A stretch of DNA of 64,000 bases from Thermoanaerobaculaceae bacterium (GTDB lineage Bacteria; Acidobacteriota; Thermoanaerobaculia; Multivoradales; UBA5704). The stretch covers positions 2,117,902 to 2,181,901 of the forward strand of contig OY970330.1 of NCBI GenBank assembly GCA_963717295.1. Reading direction: 5' to 3'. Position numbers and translations under genes: made by a program. Of this stretch, positions 41,843 to 51,626 are shown piece by piece. Below the pieces are notes generated by a model, which worked only from the letters and a program-made list of their open reading frames with translations, was not told where the DNA came from and made no database searches. How positions within the stretch are numbered: position 1 is the stretch's first letter; each line of letters opens with the position of its first letter.

Positions 41843-43501
41843 GTGAACGACCTTCTCGACCTTCGCTGGCTGATCCGCATCGGCGGCAACGCCCCTACAG
41901 CACAGAAGTTCCCGCCGATGCCACTCAAGGAGCGGATCGAGATGCTGAGCGACCAGTTGCGGCGCGACGGCATCCTGTCGGGGCCGCCGAGCGACGCGCT
42001 GCAGTACCTGACGCTGATGGCCGAGTTCGAGTATGGATTCGGCTCGCGGCAGAGGACCGCGGCCAACGAATTGGCGCACGCCGTCAAGGCCCTGCGCACG
42101 CGGTTTGATCAGTGGTGCAGCCACGAGCGGTCCACGTTTCGCGCCGGAGACGACCCTCGCACCCTACGGCAGGAAATCTGGGCCCTGATGGCGCACGCGT
42201 TTTATCATGACTACTGCGCGGGTGAGGTCCTGTCGGTGGCCAAGGCGCTCAAGGCGCTCAAAGCGCTCAAGCGTGTGGTGGACGAGGAGCTGATCCCGCT
42301 CGGGAAGTACGAGGCGTGGGGCACACGCGCGCGGCTCTGCGAGTTGCTGGCGCAGTGCATGCGCACCGAGAGGCACTTCGACGAGGCTCGCGATCAGTTT
42401 CTGGAGGCCCTCGAGCATACGCAGGCGCGCCTGAATGAGAAGCACGAGACGGCGAAGGACCTGGAAGCCGAGCAGGCATTCGCCACCATTTCAACCGCGC
42501 GGCTCCTGGGCGGGCTGGGACGGCTGGCGATTCTGCGCGGCCAGCTCAGGGACGCCCTCCAGATGCTACGCAGCGCGCAGACGATTCTGGACTCCGTACA
42601 GAACGATGCCCTGAAGGACGTCATCGACTCGCAGATCCTGATCGCCGAGCGGCGGCGCCTGAAGCCTGGCACGGAGTCTTGGGATGTCTGGATCGACAAG
42701 CTGACCGAGGCCTGGAAGCGGTTCACCCAGAAGCACGACTATGACGGACAGCGGCGCTGCTGCTACGAGCTGGGCCAGGCGCACGTCGAGCTGGCCGAGC
42801 TCCTGCCGGCATCGAAGCGGCCTGAGGCGCTGGAGTTGGCCGACACGTGGATCACACGGCTGGAAGGCATTACCGGGAAAAGCGACGTCGTGAACCGGAC
42901 GCCGGAGCTCTACCGGGCGCACGTGCTTCGCGCATTCCGCCACCTGCTGGCGCAGGACGAAGCCGACGGGGCCACCGAGCATTCCCGACCGGCTGCTGAG
43001 AGCCTGCGCCAGGCACTGGCTCTACGTGGCTCGTGCCGGTTGGACCTGGCGGGATGCGACTGTATCGATATCCAGCTGGCGAAAGGGCTCATCGACCCCG
43101 ACAAGGGGGATGCGGTCGAACATTTCCTGAAGGTGCACCGCGGGGCGGCTGGTAAAGACGATATCGACCTGGAGCTCGAAGCCCTGATTCGGGCGGCGCA
43201 GGCCGAGCTCGCCCACGGCAACGTGGAAGCGGCGCGAAGGCACCTGCGGCGAGCGACGCAGTCCAGCGTGCGCGTGGAGAACGGGTTTCTGAAGGCGCTG
43301 TTCAAGGAGACGGCGCAGCGCGTCAAGTTGCGGCCGCGCTTCGAGTTCCCACTCGAGGGCTGGAAGGCGGATATGAAGAACGCCGAGGTGCACTACCTGA
43401 AGTGGGCGCTGGCCACGGGAAAGACGAAGACCGAAGCGGCGAAGCTGCTGCGGATCGACCTTCCGAAGCTGAGGCAGCTCCTCAAAACGCACGGGCTTTG
43501 A
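41843..43501 (+). CDS. Transcriptional regulator with C-terminal Fis-type HTH (HTH_8) and a large N-terminal helical (TPR-like) domain; no AAA+ sigma54 module
   Basis: C-terminus HYLKWALATGKTKTEAAKLLRIDLPKLRQLLK. GTG start at 41843 preceded by GGAGA. The ORF-track N-terminus (41519) overlaps the upstream gene and is rejected. Confidence 0.55.
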   Translation: MNDLLDLRWLIRIGGNAPTAQKFPPMPLKERIEMLSDQLRRDGILSGPPSDALQYLTLMAEFEYGFGSRQRTAANELAHAVKALRTRFDQWCSHERSTFRAGDDPRTLRQEIWALMAHAFYHDYCAGEVLSVAKALKALKALKRVVDEELIPLGKYEAWGTRARLCELLAQCMRTERHFDEARDQFLEALEHTQARLNEKHETAKDLEAEQAFATISTARLLGGLGRLAILRGQLRDALQMLRSAQTILDSVQNDALKDVIDSQILIAERRRLKPGTESWDVWIDKLTEAWKRFTQKHDYDGQRRCCYELGQAHVELAELLPASKRPEALELADTWITRLEGITGKSDVVNRTPELYRAHVLRAFRHLLAQDEADGATEHSRPAAESLRQALALRGSCRLDLAGCDCIDIQLAKGLIDPDKGDAVEHFLKVHRGAAGKDDIDLELEALIRAAQAELAHGNVEAARRHLRRATQSSVRVENGFLKALFKETAQRVKLRPRFEFPLEGWKADMKNAEVHYLKWALATGKTKTEAAKLLRIDLPKLRQLLKTHGL

Positions 43502-43544
43502 GGAGCGCGTAGGTCGCCACCCTTTTCCGACATCACTTGGCAGC

Positions 43545-44657
43545 ATGGGCTATAGTCGAACCATGGTTCGGCAGACCTTGCTGGCGCTCGGTCTCCTTCT
43601 GATGCCGGGCGCCGCCACGACGCAGACACTCGCACCCGAGAAGATCAAGGCGATCGAGCGCGTCGTCTCGGCCTGGATGTCGAAGTCCGGCATTCCCGGG
43701 CTATCAGTCGCCATCGCTCTCGATGGGAAGGTCGTGTGGTCGAACGGCTATGGGCTGGCCGATCTGGAGAATTTCGTCCCGGCGACGGCCGACTCCCTCT
43801 TTCGAACGGCCTCCATCGGCAAGAGCCTCACGGCCACCGCCGCGATGCGGCTCGTCGAGGAGGGGAGGCTCAAGCTCGATGAGCCGGTACAGTCCTACTG
43901 CCCGGCATTCCCAGTGAAGCCATGGCCGCTGAAGGTTCGGCATCTCCTTTCCCATACCGGCGGGATTCGGCACTACGGGGGTCCGCATGACGCCGAGGAG
44001 CAGGCCAGCACGAAACACTATGCGAGTGTGATCGACGCGCTCGCACCCTTCAAGGACGATCCTCTGAAGCTCGAGCCCGGCACCGAGTATCTGTACAGTA
44101 CTTACGGCTACGACGTGCTCGGGTGCGTCGTCCAAGGCGCGGCCGGAGAGCCGTTCCTCGAAGTGGTGCGGCGCCTGGTCTTCGCTCCATCCGGCATGAC
44201 GCGCACGCGCGACGACGACCCTGCTGCAATTCTGCCCCACCGGGCTGCTGGCTACGCGCGGGACAAGGGACAGATTCGCAACGCGATCCACGTCGACATG
44301 AGCAATCGGCTGCCGGCGGGCGGCTATGTCACCACCTCGACCGAGCTTGCCGCATTCGCCGCGATGTTCATCGATTGCAAGCTGGTGAGCTGCGCGACTC
44401 GCGATGCGATGTTGAAAGAGGTGGCGCTCAAAAACGGCGACACGGTCAACTATGGCATCGGCTGGGCGATCGTCGAAGACGCCTCCGGACATCCGGACGG
44501 CCGGGCCTTCCACGGCGGCTCCAGCCCCGGCGCTAGCGGCATGCTCTACATCGTTCCCGCACGACACCTCGCCGTCGTCATCCTGTCGAATCTCGAAGAC
44601 GCCCCCGACCGCTTGCCGACGGCCCTGGCGATTGGAAACATCGTGTCGCCGTTTTGA
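43545..44657 (+). CDS. Beta-lactamase-family serine hydrolase (class C / PBP-like fold), secreted
   Basis: Signal peptide LLALGLLLMPGAATTQ. S-x-x-K active-site motif ASIGKSLTA. Family-typical length (370 aa). Confidence 0.8.
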   Translation: MGYSRTMVRQTLLALGLLLMPGAATTQTLAPEKIKAIERVVSAWMSKSGIPGLSVAIALDGKVVWSNGYGLADLENFVPATADSLFRTASIGKSLTATAAMRLVEEGRLKLDEPVQSYCPAFPVKPWPLKVRHLLSHTGGIRHYGGPHDAEEQASTKHYASVIDALAPFKDDPLKLEPGTEYLYSTYGYDVLGCVVQGAAGEPFLEVVRRLVFAPSGMTRTRDDDPAAILPHRAAGYARDKGQIRNAIHVDMSNRLPAGGYVTTSTELAAFAAMFIDCKLVSCATRDAMLKEVALKNGDTVNYGIGWAIVEDASGHPDGRAFHGGSSPGASGMLYIVPARHLAVVILSNLEDAPDRLPTALAIGNIVSPF

Positions 44658-44756
44658 TCTCGGTGCCCAGCGAAATCGCCCGGCAGTATCTATGCTACGC
44701 GAAGCTGGGGACCGGCGAGTCCCGAGCAGCCCCGGCCCAGTGGATGCTGCGCCCAA

Positions 44757-45113
44757 CGGCTCATTGAGAGGTCGCAATTCCACATTGTGAAGTCGCAACG
44801 GCTCGTTGCGAGGTCACAACGGCTCATTGAGAGCTCGCAACGGCTCGTTGAGAGGTCGCAATCCCACATTGTGAGCTCGCAATCTCAGATTGTGAGGTCG
44901 CAACGGCTCGTTGAGAGGTCACAATGTCTCATTGCGAGCTCGCAATCCCACATTGTGAGGTCGCAATCCGGGATTGCGAGGTCGCAAAGTGAGATTGCGA
45001 GGTCGCAATGCCGCAAAGAGAGCGCCCAATGCCGCAAAGCATGGCCTCAATACCGCAAAGAGTGGCTACAATACCGCAAGATGAGGACCCATCGTCACGA
45101 TGCGAGGTCCCAA
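44757..45113. repeat. Tandem array of ~17 x 21-bp repeats (consensus nnnnnnATTGnGAGGTCGCAA; the last units shift to TGCCGCAAAGnnnGnnnnCAA)
   Basis: Direct reading of the sequence: strict 21-bp periodicity with a conserved 15-nt 3' part and a variable 6-nt 5' part. Locally lower GC (~52%). Confidence 0.85.
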
Positions 45114-45745
45114 CATGGCAGGCAGCCCGCCCTGAGACCTTCTCCGTCAACTTCAACTCCCATCCGGATACCCGCCGCGATGCAGCACCATAGGGTAATG
45201 CGGCAGCGTGTCGGGCCTGCGGACCGACGCCCGCCAGCCGTCTGGATAGGGCTCCAGTCCTCGGAATAAGGGCGACTGCCTCGCGCCGGGCTCGCCGGCC
45301 AATCTCTCCAACGACTTCCGAAGGGCTCTGATGGCATCCCTGCCGAAGCGCTCCTGCCAGCTCTCTTCGAGCGCATGGCGAGCCGATGACGGTACGCGGC
45401 CTGAGCCTCTCGGCCCCTCGGCGTGAGGCGTGCGATCTTCGCCCGGCCGCCGGCGGGGTCCGGCTCGACGACGATGTAGCCCCACCTCTCCATGCCGTTC
45501 AAATTCGTCGGCGTGCGGGCAAGGCGCTCAAGCTCAGCGACGGTCACCCCCTCCTCGCCGACGAAACGCAGGCAGGTCGACCACATCGCCAGCGACGTCA
45601 GCCAGGGAGCCTGGCGCGCGCCGGGGGTCGAGCCATGGTTCGCCGTCCGATGCGGCATCTGGTGCTCGAGCTCGTTGTCGAGCTCGATCGTGAAGGCGAC
45701 GAGTGTCTGCGAGAGCAGAGTCGAAAGAGGGATTTGGGAAGGCAT
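45095..45745 (-). CDS. Putative winged-helix (MarR-like) transcriptional regulator; C-terminal tail doubtful
   Basis: N-terminal 130 aa (LSQTLVAFTIELDNELEH...GVTVAELERLARTPTNLNGMERWGYIVVEP) resemble small wHTH regulators. The C-terminal ~80 aa are low-complexity and run into the repeat array. Confidence 0.4.
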   Translation of the reverse strand: MPSQIPLSTLLSQTLVAFTIELDNELEHQMPHRTANHGSTPGARQAPWLTSLAMWSTCLRFVGEEGVTVAELERLARTPTNLNGMERWGYIVVEPDPAGGRAKIARLTPRGREAQAAYRHRLAMRSKRAGRSASAGMPSEPFGSRWRDWPASPARGSRPYSEDWSPIQTAGGRRSAGPTRCRITLWCCIAAGIRMGVEVDGEGLRAGCLPCWDLAS

Positions 45746-45825
45746 GAGATAGGATAAACCCTTACGATGCTAGACCTTTCAACCAACCCGATCTGCAGGC
45801 TGGACGCTGCCACGATCGAGCCGCC

Positions 45826-46518
45826 ATGAACACGGCAACCCGGCTGGTCTCCTCGCTCGGCTACGCCCTCTGGCGCCCCGTCCTGCGCCGGCGGCTGGGC
45901 CGCGTCTCGCTCGAAGAGATCGACGGCGTAGTTCTCATGGTGCTTCCCGAGGTCTTCAATCCGGCCGTCTATCGCACGGGCACGCTGCTGGCCCAGGCGG
46001 TCGCGGCGTGGACGCCTCCCGACGTCAGGCATTGTGAGGACATCCGGGTCCTCGACGTGGGAACGGGCAGCGGGGTCGGCTCGGTGTTCGCCGCCCGGCG
46101 GGGATTTCGGGCCGTGGCGGTAGACGTCAATCCCGAGGCGGTACGGTGCGCCCGGATCAACGCCCTTCTCCACCACCTGGAAGAACGGATCGACGTGCGG
46201 CAGGGCGACCTCTTCTCCCCGGTGGCCGGCGAGCGCTTCGATCTCGTGCTGTTCAATCCCCCCTTCTTTCGCGGCGAGCCAGCGGGCGATCTCGATCGGG
46301 CCTGGCGCGGCACGGATGTGCTGGAGCGCTTCGCCGCCGGCCTTCCCGAGGCCTTGAATCCGGACGGCACCGCTCTCCTCTGCCTGTCGACCGATGGCGA
46401 CGGCGACGCTCTGCTCGCCCGGCTGAGAGACGGCGGGTTCGGGATCGAGACGGCTGTCCAGCAAGACTTCGCCAATGAGATCGTCACCGTCCACGCGGTG
46501 CGAAGGACGGCGGCGTGA
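45826..46518 (+). CDS. Class I SAM-dependent methyltransferase (HemK/PrmC-like, NPPF motif)
   Basis: VLDVGTGSGVGSVFAA (motif I) and DLVLFNPPFF. 4-bp overlap with the next gene. Confidence 0.7.
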   Translation: MNTATRLVSSLGYALWRPVLRRRLGRVSLEEIDGVVLMVLPEVFNPAVYRTGTLLAQAVAAWTPPDVRHCEDIRVLDVGTGSGVGSVFAARRGFRAVAVDVNPEAVRCARINALLHHLEERIDVRQGDLFSPVAGERFDLVLFNPPFFRGEPAGDLDRAWRGTDVLERFAAGLPEALNPDGTALLCLSTDGDGDALLARLRDGGFGIETAVQQDFANEIVTVHAVRRTAA

Positions 46519-48020
46519 GGCGCAAGGTCCTGCTGGTCAATCCCCGAATGTGCCCTCCCAGAGCGGTACGAATGCCGCTCTCGCTCCTGTCTTTGGGCGC
46601 GGCGCTGGAGGGCGAGCACGACTACCGGATCGTCGACGGCAACGTCGATCCCGACGCCCGGGGGACCGTGCTGCGCGAGCTCGCGTCGGGAGGGTACGAC
46701 CTGCTGGGGATCACCGTCATGCCCGGGCCGCAGGTGGCGCCGGCCATCGAGATCTCGCGGGCGGCGCGGCAGGCCCGCCCGGAGGTCCCGATCGCCTGGG
46801 GCGGCTACTTCCCGACGCTCTATCCCGAGGCGGCGATCAATGCCTCCTACGTGGATTATGTGGTGCGCGGACAGGGGGAGACGACGCTTCTCGAGCTGAT
46901 GGCCGCCGCCCCGGACGCGGGCTCGGCCGTGGCCGGGATCGCCGGCCTCACCTGGAAGGACCGCGGCGAGGTGCGCCACAATCCGGACCGGCCGTTTCAG
47001 CCGGCGGACCACTTCCCTCTCCTGCCCTACGAGCGCGTGGCGGCGGACATGGACCGCTACCTGCGCCCGAGCTTCATGGGAACGCGCACCGCCGTCCACC
47101 AGGCCGCCATCGGCTGCCGCTATCACTGCACGTTCTGTGGCGTCGTCTCGATGTTCAACGGCGTGACGAAGCTGGACGCGCCGGCCCGTCTCGAAGCCGC
47201 GCTCACCACGCTACGGGACCGCTGGGGAGCCACGGCGGCGCAGTTCTACGACAACAATTTCTTCGACCGCGAGGAGACGAGCGTCCCCATTCTGGAGGTG
47301 CTGGCCCGCCTCGGCTTGCCCTGGTGGTGCTACGCCCGGGCGGACACGCTGGCCGAGTTCGCACTCCCCACCTGGGATCTGATTCGCCGCAGCCGCCTGA
47401 AGATGGCCTACATCGGCGCCGAGACGGCGAGCGACGAGGTGTTGCGGTCGATGAAGAAGGGCAGCCGCGTCTCGCACACCTTCGAGGCCGTCCGCCTCTG
47501 CCGCGCGCACGGGGTGACGCCGGAGCTTTCGTTCGTGCTGGGCGGTCCGGAAGATCCGGAGGGGGAGATCGAAAAGACTTTCGAGCTGATCAAGGGATTG
47601 AAGGCCGTGCATCCCGAGTGCGAGGTCATCCTGTATTTTTACAGCCCGACGCCCCAGCGTGACCCAACGGCGGCGGCGAATACAGCTCGCCTGCCGAAGC
47701 TGGCGCGGTACGGCCCTGAAGGGCTGGCCTTGCCGGCCACGCCGGAGGAATGGACCGAACCGCAATGGATTCGCTACGTCTGCCACCAGGACGCACCGTG
47801 GCTGACACCGAAAATCCGGCAGCGGATCGCGGACTTCTCCACCGTTCTAGGCTGCCGCTTCCCCACCGTGCAGGATTACCGGACGCCCGCCTGGGGCAAG
47901 GCGCTGTTGCGCGGGCTGGCGAGCCGGCGGTATGAAAAGGGACGGTATGACGATCCGTGGGAATTGCGGCTGGCGAAAAGGATGATTCCGTTGCGGGAGC
48001 CACAACGCGAAAGCGTGTAA
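46515..48020 (+). CDS. Cobalamin-binding (class B) radical SAM enzyme
   Basis: N-terminal B12-binding-like domain (KVLLVNPR...DLLGITVM). CxxxCxxC cluster CRYHCTFC. Confidence 0.85.
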   Translation: MRRKVLLVNPRMCPPRAVRMPLSLLSLGAALEGEHDYRIVDGNVDPDARGTVLRELASGGYDLLGITVMPGPQVAPAIEISRAARQARPEVPIAWGGYFPTLYPEAAINASYVDYVVRGQGETTLLELMAAAPDAGSAVAGIAGLTWKDRGEVRHNPDRPFQPADHFPLLPYERVAADMDRYLRPSFMGTRTAVHQAAIGCRYHCTFCGVVSMFNGVTKLDAPARLEAALTTLRDRWGATAAQFYDNNFFDREETSVPILEVLARLGLPWWCYARADTLAEFALPTWDLIRRSRLKMAYIGAETASDEVLRSMKKGSRVSHTFEAVRLCRAHGVTPELSFVLGGPEDPEGEIEKTFELIKGLKAVHPECEVILYFYSPTPQRDPTAAANTARLPKLARYGPEGLALPATPEEWTEPQWIRYVCHQDAPWLTPKIRQRIADFSTVLGCRFPTVQDYRTPAWGKALLRGLASRRYEKGRYDDPWELRLAKRMIPLREPQRESV

Positions 48021-48063
48021 TCCTGACCGGCGAATCCGCCGGAAACACGACACCGCTCCCCCC

Positions 48064-48262
48064 CAATGTAGAGACGCCCGGAGGGTAGCGCCAGCTACCC
48101 CGTGGGGCGTCTCCCGTCGGAGGCATTCCGTCAAAATACGTGAAAGATCTGAAGACCGAAAACCTTGTCTGGTCCAGGCCGTTCAGAAAACGGGGATGGC
48201 GATCCTTCGCCGGAGACGCCCCACGGGGTAGCTGGCGCTACCCTCCGGGCGTCTCTACATTG
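48064..48262. mobile_element. MITE-like element copy 1 (199 bp, 51-bp perfect terminal inverted repeats)
   Basis: TIR CAATGTAGAGACGCCCGGAGGGTAGCGCCAGCTACCCCGTGGGGCGTCTCC, inverted at the other end, around a ~97-bp core. An ~85%-identical second copy lies at 51356..51554. Flank similarity extends to ~48050..48295. Confidence 0.7.
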
Positions 48263-48284
48263 GCTGCGGTCGGCCTCCGGGATT

Positions 48285-48641
48285 TCAGACGTCTTCTAGT
48301 CGATCTTGGCTTTCTCCCTCGACGAGGGTCGCGCTCGTCAGATCCGTGCTCACCACCTCATACTCGGTCTGGCGTCCGAAGCGGATGACGTCGCCGAGCC
48401 GGAGAATGCAGCGGTCGATGCGGGCGTCATTGACGTACGTTCCTCCCGAAGAGCCGAGATCCTTCAGCACCAACTCCGCGCCCTGCCACTGGATGCGCGC
48501 GTGCCGGCGCGAGACGGCGAGATCCGAGAGGACGAAATCGCAGCTCGTCGCCCTGCCGATCTGGAGCGGCCTGTCGTCCGGCCGGATCTCACCGGTGAGG
48601 ACAGGACCGCCTCGGCGTACGAGCTTCAGCAAATACCGCAT
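48285..48641 (-). CDS. FHA-domain protein
   Basis: IGRATSCDFVLSDLAVSRRHARI...LKDLGSSGGTYVND (canonical FHA core). Confidence 0.8.
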   Translation of the reverse strand: MRYLLKLVRRGGPVLTGEIRPDDRPLQIGRATSCDFVLSDLAVSRRHARIQWQGAELVLKDLGSSGGTYVNDARIDRCILRLGDVIRFGRQTEYEVVSTDLTSATLVEGESQDRLEDV

Positions 48642-48691
48642 CTCGGATGATCCCTCCTGGAAAAGGATATTTTAAGTTATCTTCGGAATCC

Positions 48692-51325
48692 ATGCTCGCC
48701 GCCGGCACCCGACTTGGTCCCTACGAGATCCTCGCCCCGCTGGGGGCGGGCGGCATGGGGGAGGTCTACCGCGCGCAGGACCCGCGGTTGGGACGGCAGG
48801 TGGCGATCAAGATCCTGCCTCCCGAGCGCGCCTTCGATCCCCAGCGTCTCCACCGTTTCGAGCAGGAGGCGCGGGCCGCTTCGTCGCTCAACCATCCTCA
48901 CATCCTGGCGGTTTACGACTTCTGCTCCGGCTCGGGGATGTCCTACCTCGTGACCGAGCTGCTCGAGGGCGAGACCCTGCGCTCCAGGCTCCTCGCAGGA
49001 GCGCTGCCGGTGCGCAAGGCCATGGACATCGCGGTCCAGATCGCCCGCGGGCTGGCGGCGGCGCACGAGCAGGGAATCGTGCACCGGGACCTGAAGCCGG
49101 AGAACCTGTTCCTGATGCGGGATGGACAGGTGAAGATCCTCGATTTCGGTCTCGCCAAGCTGCCGCTTCCCGAATCGGCGTCCAGGCTCGCCGCGGCGAC
49201 GACCACGCCCGGCACGGAGCCGGGCGTGGTGATGGGAACGGTCGGCTACATGGCGCCCGAGCAGGCTCGCGGGCTGCCGGTCGATCACCGGGCGGACCTC
49301 TTCTCCCTGGGCGCCATCCTCTACGAGATGCTCGCCGGACGCCGGGCCTTCCAGGGGAGCTCGGAGGTCGAAGTCTTGAGCGCTATCCTCCGCGAGGATC
49401 CACCGGACCTGCAGAGCGCGGAGGGCCGGCCGGTCCCCCTGGCCGTCGAGCTCGTGGTCCGGCACTGTCTGGAGAAGGACCCCGAGGCGCGCTTCCAGTC
49501 GGCGCGCGACTTCGCCTTTGCCCTGGGTGCGCTGACCGGCTCCACGTCCAGCCTCGCCGTGGCAACTCCCGCCGCCCGGCGCAAGCGGATCGCCTGGGGA
49601 GCCGTGGCCGTCCTCTTGCTCGCACTCCTGGGCGCGGGAGCGATGGCCTGGCTCACCCGGCGATCCGACGAACGGAGGACTCCCCTCCAACTCTCCGTGC
49701 TGGCGCCGGACGGCGAGAAGCTGTACAGCTTCCCCTCCGCGGTGCTCTCGCCGGACGGCCGCCAGATCGTCCTCGTCGCCACCGGGAGCAACAGCCGGAC
49801 CCGCCTCTGGGTCCGCTCCCTGGACCACGACGATACAAGGCTACTGGACGGGACGCTCGGAGCGCGGCGTCCTTTCTGGTCGCCGGACGGGAAGGACATC
49901 GCGTTCTTCGCCGACGGCAAGCTCAAGCGGATTCCCACCACGGGCGGCGCGGTGCAGACCGTGGCGGAAGCACCCACGGGAAGCGGCGGCGCCTGGGGAC
50001 GGGACGGGACGATTCTGTTCGCGCCCACCAATATGTCGCCGCTCTGGCGCGTCGGCGCGGGCGGCGGGCGCGCGGTGCCGGTCACCCGGCTGGATCCGGC
50101 CCGACACGAAACCAGCCACCGCTTTCCAGTCTTCCTCCCCGACCAGAAGCACTTCCTCCTCTACGTGCGGACCGACGGAAGCCGCAGCGGCATCTACACC
50201 GGGACACTCGGCTCGCCGGACCTGCGCTTTCTCTCCCCCTCCTCCTCGAACGCCCTCTACGCCCCGCCGGGGTACCTCCTCTTCGTCAGCGAGGGGAACC
50301 TGATGGCCCGGCGGTTCGATGCCGGGTCGCTCGAGCTTTCAGGGGCGCCGGTCGCCCTGGCGGAGGGGATCAGCATCGAGGCCGATGCGGCCGACTTCTC
50401 GGCCTCCGCTGCGGGCATCCTGGCCTACCGCCCGGTGCCCATGATGCTCACGCAGAACCAATGGTTCGATCGCACCGGGCAGCGTCTGGGCGCGCTGGGA
50501 GAGGTGGGCTACTGGTCCAGCCCGCGGATCTCTCCGGACGGCCGGCAGGTGGCGGTGATGCGCGTGGACCCTCGGACTCAGAATCTCGGCGTCTGGCTCC
50601 TCGACGCTGTACAGGGGCAGGCACGGCTCTTCGCGGAAGCGCACCCCGGCACCTACCTCTTCCCTGTCTGGTCCCCGGATCAGTCGCGACTCGCTCTCGC
50701 CGTCGAGCGCGGAGGCGCGGCGGACCTCTATACCAAGGACCTGGATGGCGGAGCCGAGCACGCGCTGCTGGTCTCCAGCCGTTACAAGATGCCCACCGAC
50801 TGGTCTTCCGACGGCCGGCTGCTCTTCTACACGAAGTCCGACCCCGCCGGGGATTTCGATGTGGAGGCGTTGCCGCTTGCGGGCGGCCCGCCCCTCTCCG
50901 TCGTGAGCAGCCCATTCTCCGAGGGGGACACCCAGCTTTCGCCGGACGGCCGATGGCTCACCTACACCTCCGACGCCAGCGGGCGGATGGACGTCTACGT
51001 GCGTCCCTTCGCCCAGCCGGGAGCGGAGCGGGTGGTCTCGCCCGGGGGAGGATTCGGTCCGCACTGGCGGCGCGACGGCCGGGAGCTCTTCTACATCGCG
51101 CCGGACGGCCGGCTCATGGCCGTGCCCATGGCACCGGGGAAGGAGCCCGATCCATTGCCCGCCCACGTCCTCTTCGACGCGCGCCTGGGCGTCCTGCCCT
51201 ACGACCTGGCCGAGTACGACATCACGCCGGACGGCCAGCGCTTCCTCGTCAACCAGACGGTAGGCCCCCCCGCCCCCGAAGCTGTCAACCTGCTCTTCGA
51301 TTGGACGGCGAGGCTGCCGCGCTGA
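48692..51325 (+). CDS. Ser/Thr protein kinase with TM segment and C-terminal TolB-like (PD40/WD40-like) beta-propeller
   Basis: LGAGGMGEVYRA...AIKIL, HRDLKPENLFL, DFGLAK, GTVGYMAPE. TM LLLALLGAGAMAWL. Repeated SPDG blocks in the C-terminal half. Start is the probable internal Met; the ORF-track start is 48647. Confidence 0.85.
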   Translation: MLAAGTRLGPYEILAPLGAGGMGEVYRAQDPRLGRQVAIKILPPERAFDPQRLHRFEQEARAASSLNHPHILAVYDFCSGSGMSYLVTELLEGETLRSRLLAGALPVRKAMDIAVQIARGLAAAHEQGIVHRDLKPENLFLMRDGQVKILDFGLAKLPLPESASRLAAATTTPGTEPGVVMGTVGYMAPEQARGLPVDHRADLFSLGAILYEMLAGRRAFQGSSEVEVLSAILREDPPDLQSAEGRPVPLAVELVVRHCLEKDPEARFQSARDFAFALGALTGSTSSLAVATPAARRKRIAWGAVAVLLLALLGAGAMAWLTRRSDERRTPLQLSVLAPDGEKLYSFPSAVLSPDGRQIVLVATGSNSRTRLWVRSLDHDDTRLLDGTLGARRPFWSPDGKDIAFFADGKLKRIPTTGGAVQTVAEAPTGSGGAWGRDGTILFAPTNMSPLWRVGAGGGRAVPVTRLDPARHETSHRFPVFLPDQKHFLLYVRTDGSRSGIYTGTLGSPDLRFLSPSSSNALYAPPGYLLFVSEGNLMARRFDAGSLELSGAPVALAEGISIEADAADFSASAAGILAYRPVPMMLTQNQWFDRTGQRLGALGEVGYWSSPRISPDGRQVAVMRVDPRTQNLGVWLLDAVQGQARLFAEAHPGTYLFPVWSPDQSRLALAVERGGAADLYTKDLDGGAEHALLVSSRYKMPTDWSSDGRLLFYTKSDPAGDFDVEALPLAGGPPLSVVSSPFSEGDTQLSPDGRWLTYTSDASGRMDVYVRPFAQPGAERVVSPGGGFGPHWRRDGRELFYIAPDGRLMAVPMAPGKEPDPLPAHVLFDARLGVLPYDLAEYDITPDGQRFLVNQTVGPPAPEAVNLLFDWTARLPR

Positions 51326-51355
51326 TCTTGCACCCTCGCCGATACCGCTCCCCCT

Positions 51356-51554
51356 CAATGTAGAGACGCCCGGAGGGTAGCGCCAGCTACCCCGTGGGGC
51401 GTCTCCGGCGGAGACATGATCTCAAAATTACGTGGAAGATCTGAAGACCGAAAGCCCTATCTGGTCCAGACCGTTCAGAAAACGGGGATAACGATCCTTC
51501 GCCGGAGACGCCCCACGGGGTAGCTGGCGCTACCCTCCGGGCGTCTCTACATTG
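51356..51554. mobile_element. MITE-like element copy 2 (199 bp), same orientation as copy 1
   Basis: 51-bp TIRs identical to copy 1. The core is ~85% identical. Flank similarity extends to ~51342..51632 with a ~45-bp insertion in the right flank. Confidence 0.7.
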
Positions 51555-51626
51555 GCTGGCGGCGACATGGTGTCTCGTGGCATTACACCCGACGGGTCAA
51601 AACTGGCGGTCGGCCTCCAGATAATT

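Noticed and set aside
43704-44798. 364-aa minus-strand ORF
   Set aside because: It is fully antisense to the beta-lactamase-family gene, which has a signal peptide and an SxxK motif. Its composition is Arg-rich and low-complexity.
44757-45113. CRISPR array
   Set aside because: The units are 21 bp with no unique spacers between conserved repeats. The variable part is only 6 nt inside each unit. It is a minisatellite, not CRISPR.
44787-45269. ORF encoding SQRLVER-type heptad repeats
   Set aside because: The reading frame is generated by the 21-bp periodicity itself. The local GC (~52%) is far below the coding average, and the C-terminal part is repeat-free junk. It is kept only as an alternative in the findings.
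48064-48262. The 51-bp inverted repeats as a CRISPR repeat or a simple rho-independent terminator only
   Set aside because: Two full copies, each with identical TIRs plus a conserved core, are better explained as a MITE-like mobile unit. Terminator function may be secondary.
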